Positions 36,901-49,263 of a stretch of DNA of 64,000 bases are shown piece after piece; the first letter of the stretch is position 1, and every line of letters begins with the position of its first letter. The stretch is from assembly GCF_009914755.1 (NCBI RefSeq), contig NC_060929.1; one strand, written 5' to 3'. The notes beneath the pieces were generated by a model. The model did no database searches. It was not told where the DNA came from and saw only the letters and a list, made by a program, of their open reading frames with translations. The DNA comes from the human T2T-CHM13v2.0 reference genome, Homo sapiens. A program made the position numbers and the translations under genes.

Positions 36901-39900
36901 CTTCGTTGGAAACGGGTTTTTTTCATATAAGGCTAGACAGAAGAATTCCCAGTAACTTCCTTGTGTTGTGTGTGTTCAACTCACAGAGTTGAACTTTGAT
37001 TTACACAGAGCAGATTTGAAACACTCTTTTTGTGGAATTTGCAAGTGGAGATTTCAAGCGCTTTGAGGCCAAAGGCAGAAAAGGAAATATCTTCGTATAA
37101 AAACTAGACAGAATCATTCTCAGAAACTGCTCTGCGATGTGTGCGTTCAACTCTCAGAGTTTAACTTTTCTTTTCATTCAGCAGTTTGGAAACACTCTGT
37201 TTGTAAAGTCTGCACGTGGATATTTTGACCACTTAGAGGCCTTCGTTGGAAACGGGTTTTTTTCCTGTAAGGCTAGACAGAAGAATTCCCAGTAACTTCC
37301 TTGTGTTGTGTACATTCAACTCACAGAGTTGAACGTTCCCTTAGACCGAGCAGATTTGAAACACTCTTTTTGTGCAATTGGCAAGTGGAGATTTCAAGCG
37401 CTTTAAGGTCAATGGCAGAAAAGGAAATATCTTCGTTTCAAAACTAGACAGAATCATTCCCACAAACTGCGTTGTGATGTGTTCGTTCATCTCACAGAGT
37501 TTAACCTATCTTTTCATAGAGCAGTTAGGAAACACTCTGTTTGTAAATTCTGTAAGTGGATATTCTGACATCTTGTGGCCTTCGTTGGAAACGGGATTTC
37601 TTCATATTCTGCTAGACAGAAGAATTCTCAGAATCTTCCTTGTGTTGTGTGTATTCAACTCACACAGTTGAACGATGGTTTACACAGAGCAGATTTGAAA
37701 CACTCTTTTTGTGGAATTTGCAAGTGGAGATTTCAGCCGCTTTGAGGTCAATGGTAGAAAAGGAAATATCTTCGTATAAAAACTAGACAGAATGATTCTC
37801 AGAAACTTCTTTGTGATGTGTGCGTTCAACTCACAGAGTTTAACCTTTCTTTTCATAGAGCAGTTAGGAAACACTCTGTTTGTAAACTCTGCAAGTGGAT
37901 ATTCAGACCTCTTTGAGGCCTTCGTTGGAAACGGGATTTCTTCATACTGTGCTAGACAGAAGAATTCTCAGTAACTTCCTTGTGTTGTGTGTATTCAACT
38001 CACAGAGTTGAACGATCCTTTACACAGAGCAGACTTGAAACACTCTTTTTGTGGAATTTGCAAGTGGAGATTTCAGCCGCGTTGAGGTCAATGGTAGAAA
38101 AGGAAATATCTTCGTATAAAAACTAGACAGAATGATTCTCAGAAACTCCTTTGAGATGTGTGTGTTCAACTCACAGAGTTTAACCTTTCTTTTCATAGAG
38201 CAGTTAGGAATCACTCTGTTTGTAAAGTCTGCAAGTGGATATTCAGACCTCTTTGAGGCCTTCGTTGGAAACGGGTTTTTTCATATAAGGCTAGACAGAA
38301 GAATTCCCAGTAACTTCCTTGTGTTGTGTGTGTTCAACTCACAGAGTTGAACTTTCATTTACACAGAGCAGATTTGAAACACTTTTTTTGTGGAATTTGC
38401 AAATGGAGATTTCAAGCGCTTTGAGGCCAAAGGCAGAAAAGGAAATATCTTCGTATAAAAACTAGACAGAATCATTCTCAGAAACTGCTCTGCGATGTGT
38501 GCGTTCAACTCTCAGAGTTTAACTTTGCTTTTCATTCAGCAGTTTGGAAACACTCTGTTTGTAAAGTCTGCACGTGAATAATTTGACCACTTAGAGGCCT
38601 TCGTTGGAAACGGGTTTTTTTCATGTAAGGCTAGACAGAAGAATTCTCAGTAACTTCCTTGTGTTGTGTGTATTCAACTCACAGAGTTGAACGATCCTTT
38701 ACACAGAGCAGACTTGTAACACTCTTTTTGTGGAATTTGCAAGTGGAGATTTCAGCCGCTTTGAAGTCAAAGGTAGAAAAGGAAATATCTTCCTATAAAA
38801 ACTAGACAGAATGATTCTCAGAAACTCCTTTGTGATGTGTGCGTTCAACTCACAGAGTTTAACCTTTCTTTTCATAGAGCAGTTAGGAAACACTCTGTTT
38901 CTAAAGTCTGCAAGTGGATATTCAGACCTCTTTGAGGCCTTCGTTGGAAACGGGTTTTTTTCATATAAGGCTAGACAGAAGAATTCCCAGTAACTTCCTT
39001 GTGTTGTGTGTGTTCAACTCACAGAGTTGAACTTTCATTTACACAGAGCAGATTTGAAACACTCTTTTTGTGGAATTTGCAAGTGGAGATTTCAAGCGCT
39101 TTGAGGCCAAAGGCAGAAAAGGAAATATCTTCGTATAAAAACTAGACAGAATCATTCTCAGAAACTGCTCTGTGATGTGTGCGTTCAACTCTCAGAGTTT
39201 AACTTTTCTTTTCATTCAGCAGTTTGGAAACACTCTGTTTGTAAAGTCTGCACGTGGATAATTTGACCACTTAGAGGCCTTCGTTGGAAACGGGTTTTTT
39301 TCATGTAAGGCTAGACAGAAGAGTTCTCAGTAACTTCCTTGTGTTGTGTGTATTCAACTCACACAGTTGAACGATCCTTTACACAGAGCAGACTTGTAAC
39401 ACTCTTTTTGTGGAATTTGCAAGTGGAGATTTCAGCCGCTTTGAAGTCAAAGTAGAAAAGGAAATATCTTCCTATAAAAACTAGACAGAATGATTCTCAG
39501 AAACTCCTTTGTGATGTGTGCGTTCAACTCACAGAGTTTAACCTTTCTTTTCATAGAGCAGTTAGGAAACACTCTGTTTGTAAAGTCTGCAAGTGGATAT
39601 TCAGACCTCTTTGAGGCCTTCGTTGGAAACGGGTTTTTTTCATATAAGGCTAGACAGAAGAATTCCCAGTAACTTCCTTGTGTTGTGTGTCTTCAACTCA
39701 CAGAGTTGAACTTTCATTTACACAGAGCAGATTTGAAACACTCTTTTTGTGGAATTTGCAGGTGGAGATTTCAAGCGCTTTGAGGCCAAAGGCAGAAAAG
39801 GAAATATCTTCGTATAAAAACTAGACAGAATCATTCTCAGAAACTGCTCTGCGATGTGTGCGTTCAACTCTCAGAGTTTAACTTTTCTTTTCATTCAGCA

Positions 39901-40768
39901 GTTTGGAAACACTCTGTTTGTAAAGTCTGCACGTGGATAATTTGACCACTTAGAGGCCTTCGTTGGAAACGGGTTTTTTTCATGTAAGGCTAGACAGAAG
40001 AATTCTCAGTAACTTCCTTGTGTTGTGTGTATTCAACTCACAGAGTTGAACGATCCTTTACACAGAGCAGACTTGTAACACTCTTTTTGTGGAATTTGCA
40101 AGTGGAGATTTCAGCCGCTTTGAAGTCAAAGGTAGAAAAGGAAATATCTTCCTATAAAAACTAGACAGAATGATTCTCAGAAACTCTTTTGTGATGTGTG
40201 CGTTCAACTCACAGAGTTTAACCTTTCTTTTCATAGAGCAGTTAGGAAACACTCTGCTTGTAAAGTCTGCAAGTGGATATTCAGCCCTCTTTGAGGCCTT
40301 CGTTGGAAACGGGTTTTTTTCATATAAGGCTAGACAGAAGAATTCCCAGTAACTTCCTTGTGTTGTGTGTGTTCAACTCACAGAGTTGAACTTTGATTTA
40401 CACAGAGCAGATTTGAAACACTCTTTTTGTGGAATTTGCAAGTGGAGATTTCAAGCGCTTTGAGGCCAAAGGCAGAAAAGGAAATATCTTCGTATAAAAA
40501 CTAGACAGAATCATTCTCAGAAACTGCTCTGCGATGTGTGCGTTCAACTCTCAGAGTTTAACTTTTCTTTTCATTCAGCAGTTTGGAAACACTCTGTTTG
40601 TAAAGTCTGCACGTGGATATTTTGACCACTTAGAGGCCTTCGTTGGAAACGGGTTTTTTTCCTGTAAGGCTAGACAGAAGAATTCCCAGTAACTTCCTTG
40701 TGTTGTGTACATTCAACTCACAGAGTTGAACGTTCCCTTAGACCGAGCAGATTTGAAACACTCTTTTT
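33974..40768 (+). repeat. Two 20-mer HOR units (33974-37371; 37372-40768, 3397 bp)
   Basis: Spacings 3398 and 3397; one T is lost at ~38280. Confidence 0.92.
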
Positions 40769-43700
40769 GTGCAATTGGCAAGTGGAGATTTCAAGCGCTT
40801 TAAGGTCAATGGCAGAAAAGGAAATATCTTCGTTTCAAAACTAGACAGAATCATTCCCACAAACTGCGTTGTGATGTGTTCGTTCATCTCACAGAGTTTA
40901 ACCTATCTTTTCATAGAGCAGTTAGGAAACACTCTGTTTGTAAATTCTGTAAGTGGATATTCTGACATCTTGTGGCCTTCGTTGGAAACGGGATTTCTTC
41001 ATATTCTGCTAGACAGAAGAATTCTCAGAATCTTCCTTGTGTTGTGTGTATTCAACTCACACAGTTGAACGATGGTTTACACAGAGCAGATTTGAAACAC
41101 TCTTTTTGTGGAATTTGCAAGTGGAGATTTCAGCCGCTTTGAGGTCAATGGTAGAAAAGGAAATATCTTCGTATAAAAACTAGACAGAATGATTCTCAGA
41201 AACTTCTTTGTGATGTGTGCGTTCAACTCACAGAGTTTAACCTTTCTTTTCATAGAGCAGTTAGGAAACACTCTGTTTGTAAACTCTGCAAGTGGATATT
41301 CAGACCTCTTTGAGGCCTTCGTTGGAAACGGGATTTCTTCATACTGTGCTAGACAGAAGAATTCTCAGTAACTTCCTTGTGTTGTGTGTATTCAACTCAC
41401 AGAGTTGAACGATCCTTTACACAGAGCAGACTTGAAACACTCTTTTTGTGGAATTTGCAAGTGGAGATTTCAGCCGCGTTGAGGTCAATGGTAGAAAAGG
41501 AAATATCTTCGTATAAAAACTAGACAGAATGATTCTCAGAAACTCCTTTGAGATGTGTGTGTTCAACTCACAGAGTTTAACCTTTCTTTTCATAGAGCAG
41601 TTAGGAATCACTCTGTTTGTAAAGTCTGCAAGTGGATATTCAGACCTCTTTGAGGCCTTCGTTGGAAACGGGTTTTTTTCATATAAGGCTAGACAGAAGA
41701 ATTCCCAGTAACTTCCTTGTGTTGTGTGTGTTCAACTCACAGAGTTGAACTTTCATTTACACAGAGCAGATTTGAAACACTCTTTTTGTGGAATTTGCAT
41801 ATGGAGATTTCAAGCGCTTTGAGGCCAAAGGCAGAAAAGGAAATATCTTCGTATAAAAACTAGACAGAATCATTCTCAGAAACTGCTCTGCGATGTGTGC
41901 GTTCAACTCTCAGAGTTTAACTTTGCTTTTCATTCAGCAGTTTGGAAACACTCTGTTTGTAAAGTCTGCACGTGGATAATTTGACCACTTAGAGGCCTTC
42001 GTTGGAAACGGGTTTTTTTCATGTAAGGCTAGACAGAAGAATTCTCAGTAACTTCCTTGTGTTGTGTGTATTCAACTCACACAGTTGAACGATCCTTTAC
42101 ACAGAGCAGACTTGTAACACTCTTTTTGTGGAATTTGCAAGTGGAGATTTCAGCCGCTTTGAAGTCAAAGGTAGAAAAGGAAATATCTTCCTATAAAAAC
42201 TAGACAGAATGATTCTCAGAAACTCCTTTGTGATGTGTGCGTTCAACTCACAGAGTTTAACCTTTCTTTTCATAGAGCAGTTAGGAAACACTCTGTTTCT
42301 AAAGTCTGCAAGTGGATATTCAGACCTCTTTGAGGCCTTCGTTGGAAACGGGTTTTTTTCATATAAGGCTAGACAGAAGAATTCCCAGTAACTTCCTTGT
42401 GTTGTGTGTGTTCAACTCACAGAGTTGAACTTTCATTTACACAGAGCAGATTTGAAACACTCTTTTTGTGGAATTTGCAAGTGGAGATTTCAAGCGCTTT
42501 GAGGCCAAAGGCAGAAAAGGAAATATCTTCGTATAAAAACTAGACAGAATCATTCTCAGAAACTGCTCTGTGATGTGTGCGTTCAACTCTCAGAGTTTAA
42601 CTTTTCTTTTCATTCAGCAGTTTGGAAACACTCTGTTTGTAAAGTCTGCACGTGGATAATTTGACCACTTAGAGGCCTTCGTTGGAAACGGGTTTTTTTC
42701 ATGTAAGGCTAGACAGAAGAGTTCTCAGTAACTTCCTTGTGTTGTGTGTATTCAACTCACACAGTTGAACGATCCTTTACACAGAGCAGACTTGTAACAC
42801 TCTTTTTGTGGAATTTGCAAGTGGAGATTTCAGCCGCTTTGAAGTCAAAGTAGAAAAGGAAATATCTTCCTATAAAAACTAGACAGAATGATTCTCAGAA
42901 ACTTCTTTGTGATGTGTGCGTTCAACTCACAGAGTTTAACCTTTCTTTTCATAGAGCAGTTAGGAAACACTCTGTTTGTAAACTCTGCAAGTGGATATTC
43001 AGACCTCTTTGAGGCCTTCGTTGGAAACGGGATTTCTTCATACTGTGCTAGACAGAAGAATTCTCAGTAACTTCCTTGTGTTGTGTGTATTCAACTCACA
43101 GAGTTGAACGATCCTTTACACAGAGCAGACTTGAAACACTCTTTTTGTGGAATTTGCAAGTGGAGATTTCAGCCGCGTTGAGGTCAATGGTAGAAAAGGA
43201 AATATCTTCGTATAAAAACTAGACAGAATGATTCTCAGAAACTCCTTTGAGATGTGTGTGTTCAACTCACAGAGTTTAACCTTTCTTTTCATAGAGCAGT
43301 TAGGAATCACTCTGTTTGTAAAGTCTGCAGGTGGATATTCAGACCTCTTTGAGGCCTTCGTTGGAAACGGGTTTTTTTCATATAAGGCTAGAGAGAAGAA
43401 TTCCCAGTAACTTCCTTGTGTTGTGTGTGTTCAACTCACAGAGTTGAACTTTCATTTACACAGAGCAGATTTGAAACACTCTTTTTGTGGAATTTGCAAG
43501 TGGAGATTTCAAGCGCTGTGAAGCCAAAGGCAGAAAAGGAAATATCTTCGTATAAAAACTAGACAGAATCATTCTCAGAAACTGCTCTGCGATGTGTGCG
43601 TTCAACTCTCAGAGTTTAACTTTTCTTTTCATTCAGCAGTTTGGAAACACTCTGTTTGTAAAGTCTGCACGTGGATAATTTGACCACTTAGAGGCCTTCG

Positions 43701-45865
43701 TTGGAAACGGGTTTTTTTCATGTAAGGCTAGACAGAAGAATTCTCAGTAACTTCCTTGTGTTGTGTGTATTCAACTCACACGGTTGAACGATCCTTTACA
43801 CAGAGCAGACTTGTAACACTCTTTTTGTGGAATTTGCAAGTGGAGATTTCAGCCGCTTTGAAGTCAAAGGTAGAAAAGGAAATATCTTCCTATAAAAACT
43901 AGACAGAATGATTCTCAGAAACTCCTTTGTGATGTGTGCGTTCAACTCACAGAGTTTAACCTTTCTTTTCATAGAGCAGTTAGGAAACACTCTGTTTGTA
44001 AAGTCTGCAAGTGGATATTCAGACCTCTTTGAGGCCTTCGTTGGAAACGGGTTTTTGTCATATAAGGCTAGACAGAAGAATTCCCAGTAACTTCCTTGTG
44101 TTGTGTGTGTTCAACTCACAGAGTTGAACTTTCATTTACACAGAGCAGATTTGAAACACTCTTTTTGTGGAATTTGCAAGTGGAGATTTCAAGCGCTTTG
44201 AGGCCAAAGGCAGAAAAGGAAATATCTTCGTATAAAAACTAGACAGAATCATTCTCAGAAACTGCTCTGTGATGTGTGCGTTCAACTCTCAGAGTTTAAC
44301 TTTTCTTTTCATTCAGCAGTTTGGAAACACTCTGTTTGTAAAGTCTGCACGTGGATAATTTGACCACTTAGAGGCCTTCGTTGGAAACGGGTTTTTTTCA
44401 TGTAAGGCTAGACAGAAGAGTTCTCAGTAACTTCCTTGTGTTGTGTGTATTCAACTCACACAGTTGAACGATCCTTTACACAGAGCAGACTTGTAACACT
44501 CTTTTTGTGGAATTTGCAAGTGGAGATTTCAGCCGCTTTGAAGTCAAAGTAGAAAAGGAAATATCTTCCTATAAAAACTAGACAGAATGATTCTCAGAAA
44601 CTCCTTTGTGATGTGTGCGTTCAACTCACAGAGTTTAACCTTTCTTTTCATAGAGCAGTTAGGAAACACTCTGTTTGTAAAGTCTGCAAGTGGATATTCA
44701 GACCTCTTTGAGGCCTTCGTTGGAAACGGGTTTTTTTCATATAAGGCTAGACAGAAGAATTCCCAGTAACTTCCTTGTGTTGTGTGTGTTCAACTCACAG
44801 AGTTGAACTTTCATTTACACAGAGCAGATTTGAAACACTCTTTTTGTGGAATTTGCAGGTGGAGATTTCAAGCGCTTTGAGGCCAAAGGCAGAAAAGGAA
44901 ATATCTTCGTATAAAAACTAGACAGAATCATTCTCAGAAACTGCTCTGCGATGTGTGCGTTCAAGTCTCAGAGTTTAACTTTTCTTTTCATTCAGCAGTT
45001 TGGAAACACTCTGTTTGTAAAGTCTGCACGTGGATAATTTGACCACTTAGAGGCCTTCGTTGGAAACGGGTTTTTTTCATGTAAGGCTAGACAGAAGAAT
45101 TCTCAGTAACTTCCTTGTGTTGTGTGTATTCAACTCACAGAGTTGAACGATCCTTTACACAGAGCAGACTTGTAACACTCTTTTTGTGGAATTTGCAAGT
45201 GGAGATTTCAGCCGCTTTGAAGTCAAAGGTAGAAAAGGAAATATCTTCCTATAAAAACTAGACAGAATGATTCTCAGAAACTCCTTTGTGATGTGTGCGT
45301 TCAACTCACAGAGTTTAACCTTTCTTTTCATAGAGCAGTTAGGAAACACTCTGCTTGTAAAGTCTGCAAGTGGATATTCAGCCCTCTTTGAGGCCTTCGT
45401 TGGAAACGGGTTTTTTTCATATAAGGCTAGACAGAAGAATTCCCAGTAACTTCCTTGTGTTGTGTGTGTTCAACTCACAGAGTTGAACTTTGATTTACAC
45501 AGAGCAGATTTGAAACACTCTTTTTGTGGAATTTGCAAGTGGAGATTTCAAGCGCTTTGAGGCCAAAGGCAGAAAAGGAAATATCTTCGTATAAAAACTA
45601 GACAGAATCATTCTCAGAAACTGCTCTGCGATGTGTGCGTTCAACTCTCAGAGTTTAACTTTTCTTTTCATTCAGCAGTTTGGAAACACTCTGTTTGTAA
45701 AGTCTGCACGTGGATATTTTGACCACTTAGAGGCCTTCGTTGGAAACGGGTTTTTTTCCTGTAAGGCTAGACAGAAGAATTCCCAGTAACTTCCTTGTGT
45801 TGTGTACATTCAACTCACAGAGTTGAACGTTCCCTTAGACAGAGCAGATTTGAAACACTCTTTTT
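40769..45865 (+). repeat. Second 30-mer HOR variant (5097 bp)
   Basis: Marker spacing 40769 to 45866; same hybrid junction at 42871-42903. Confidence 0.9.
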
Positions 45866-48800
45866 GTGCAATTGGCAAGTGGAGATTTCAAGCGCTTTAA
45901 GGTCAATGGCAGAAAAGGAAATATCTTCGTTTCAAAACTAGACAGAATCATTCCCACAAACTGCGTTGTGATGTGTTCGTTCATCTCACAGAGTTTAACC
46001 TTTCTTTTCATAGAGCAGTTAGGAAACACTCTGTTTGTAAATTCTGTAAGTGGATATTCTGACATCTTGTGGCCTTCGTTGGAAACGGGATTTCTTCATA
46101 TTCTGCTAGACAGAAGAATTCTCAGAATCTTCCTTGTGTTGTGTGTATTCAACTCACACAGTTGAACGATGGTTTACACAGAGCAGATTTGAAACACTCT
46201 TTTTGTGGAATTTGCAAGTGGAGATTTCAGCCGCTTTGAGGTCAATGGTAGAAAAGGAAATATCTTCGTATAAAAACTAGACAGAATGATTCTCAGAAAC
46301 TTCTTTGTGATGTGTGCGTTCAACTCACAGAGTTTAACCTTTCTTTTCATAGAGCAGTTAGGAAACACTCTGTTTGTAAACTCTGCAAGTGGATATTCAG
46401 ACCTCTTTGAGGCCTTCGTTGGAAACGGGATTTCTTCATACTGTGCTAGACAGAAGAATTCTCAGTAACTTCCTTGTGTTGTGTGTATTCAACTCACAGA
46501 GTTGAACGATCCTTTACACAGAGCAGACTTGAAACACTCTTTTTGTGGAATTTGCAAGTGGAGATTTCAGCCGCGTTGAGGTCAATGGTAGAAAAGGAAA
46601 TATCTTCGTATAAAAACTAGACAGAATGATTCTCAGAAACTCCTTTGAGATGTGTGTGTTCAACTCACAGAGTTTAACCTTTCTTTTCATAGAGCAGTTA
46701 GGAATCACTCTGTTTGTAAAGTCTGCAAGTGGATATTCAGACCTCTTTGAGGCCTTCGTTGGAAACGGGTTTTTTTCATATAAGGCTAGACAGAAGAATT
46801 CCCAGTAACTTCCTTGTGTTGTGTGTGTTCAACTCACAGAGTTGAACTTTCATTTACACAGAGCAGATTTGAAACACTCTTTTTGTGGAATTTGCAAATG
46901 GAGATTTCAAGCGCTTTGAGGCCAAAGGCAGAAAAGGAAATATCTTCGTATAAAAACTAGACAGAATCATTCTCAGAAACTGCTCTGCGATGTGTGCGTT
47001 CAACTCTCAGAGTTTAACTTTGCTTTTCATTCAGCAGTTTGGAAACACTCTGTTTGTAAAGTCTGCACGTGGATAATTTGACCACTTAGAGGCCTTCGTT
47101 GGAAACGGGTTTTTTTCATGTAAGGCTAGACAGAAGAATTCTCAGTAACTTCCTTGTGTTGTGTGTATTCAACTCACAGAGTTGAACGATCCTTTACACA
47201 GAGCAGACTTGTAACACTCTTTTTGTGGAATTTGCAAGTGGAGATTTCAGCCGCTTTGAAGTCAAAGGTAGAAAAGGAAATATCTTCCTATAAAAACTAG
47301 ACAGAATGATTCTCAGAAACTCCTTTGTGATGTGTGCGTTCAACTCACAGAGTTTAACCTTTCTTTTCATAGAGCAGTTAGGAAACACTCTGTTTCTAAA
47401 GTCTGCAAGTGGATATTCAGACCTCTTTGAGGCCTTCGTTGGAAACGGGTTTTTTTCATATAAGGCTAGACAGAAGAATTCCCAGTAACTTCCTTGTGTT
47501 GTGTGTGTTCAACTCACAGAGTTGAACTTTCATTTACACAGAGCAGATTTGAAACACTCTTTTTGTGGAATTTGCAAGTGGAGATTTCAAGCGCTTTGAG
47601 GCCAAAGGCAGAAAAGGAAATATCTTCGTATAAAAACTAGACAGAATCATTCTCAGAAACTGCTCTGTGATGTGTGCGTTCAACTCTCAGAGTTTAACTT
47701 TTCTTTTCATTCAGCAGTTTGGAAACACTCTGTTTGTAAAGTCTGCACGTGGATAATTTGACCACTTAGAGGCCTTCGTTGGAAACGGGTTTTTTTCATG
47801 TAAGGCTAGACAGAAGAGTTCTCAGTAACTTCCTTGTGTTGTGTGTATTCAACTCACACAGTTGAACGATCCTTTACACAGAGCAGACTTGTAACACTCT
47901 TTTTGTGGAATTTGCAAGTGGAGATTTCAGCCGCTTTGAAGTCAAAGTAGAAAAGGAAATATCTTCCTATAAAAACTAGACAGAATGATTCTCAGAAACT
48001 CCTTTGTGATGTGTGCGTTCAACTCACAGAGTTTAACCTTTCTTTTCATAGAGCAGTTAGGAAACACTCTGTTTGTAAAGTCTGCAAGTGGATATTCAGA
48101 CCTCTTTGAGGCCTTCGTTGGAAACGGGTTTTTTTCATATAAGGCTAGACAGAAGAATTCCCAGTAACTTCCTTGTGTTGTGTGTGTTCAACTCACAGAG
48201 TTGAACTTTCATTTACACAGAGCAGATTTGAAACACTCTTTTTGTGGAATTTGCAGGTGGAGATTTCAAGCGCTTTGAGGCCAAAGGCAGAAAAGGAAAT
48301 ATCTTCGTATAAAAACTAGACAGAATCATTCTCAGAAACTGCTCTGCGATGTGTGCGTTCAACTCTCAGAGTTTAACTTTTCTTTTCATTCAGCAGTTTG
48401 GAAACACTCTGTTTGTAAAGTCTGCACGTGGATAATTTGACCACTTAGAGGCCTTCGTTGGAAACGGGTTTTTTTCATGTAAGGCTAGACAGAAGAATTC
48501 TCAGTAACTTCCTTGTGTTGTGTGTATTCAACTCACAGAGTTGAACGATCCTTTACACAGAGCAGACTTGTAACACTCTTTTTGTGGAATTTGCAAGTGG
48601 AGATTTCAGCCGCTTTGAAGTCAAAGGTAGAAAAGGAAATATCTTCCTATAAAAACTAGACAGAATGATTCTCAGAAACTCTTTTGTGATGTGTGCGTTC
48701 AACTCACAGAGTTTAACCTTTCTTTTCATAGAGCAGTTAGGAAACACTCTGCTTGTAAAGTCTGCAAGTGGATATTCAGCCCTCTTTGAGGCCTTCGTTG

Positions 48801-49263
48801 GAAACGGGTTTTTTTCATATAAGGCTAGACAGAAGAATTCCCAGTAACTTCCTTGTGTTGTGTGTGTTCAACTCACGGAGTTGAACTTTGATTTACACAG
48901 AGCAGATTTGAAACACTCTTTTTGTGGAATTTGCAAGTGGAGATTTCAAGCGCTTTGAGGCCAAAGGCAGAAAAGGAAATATCTTCGTATAAAAACTAGA
49001 CAGAATCATTCTCAGAAACTGCTCTGCGATGTGTGCGTTCAACTCTCAGAGTTTAACTTTTCTTTTCATTCAGCAGTTTGGAAACACTCTGTTTGTAAAG
49101 TCTGCACGTGGATATTTTGACCACTTAGAGGCCTTCGTTGGAAACGGGTTTTTTTCCTGTAAGGCTAGACAGAAGAATTCCCAGTAACTTCCTTGTGTTG
49201 TGTACATTCAACTCACAGAGTTGAACGTTCCCTTAGACAGAGCAGATTTGAAACACTCTTTTT
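45866..49263 (+). repeat. 20-mer HOR unit
   Basis: 3398-bp spacing. Confidence 0.92.

Noticed and set aside
38132-38350. Unique 72-aa ORF
   Set aside because: It is a frameshift product of a 1-bp loss in a T homopolymer.
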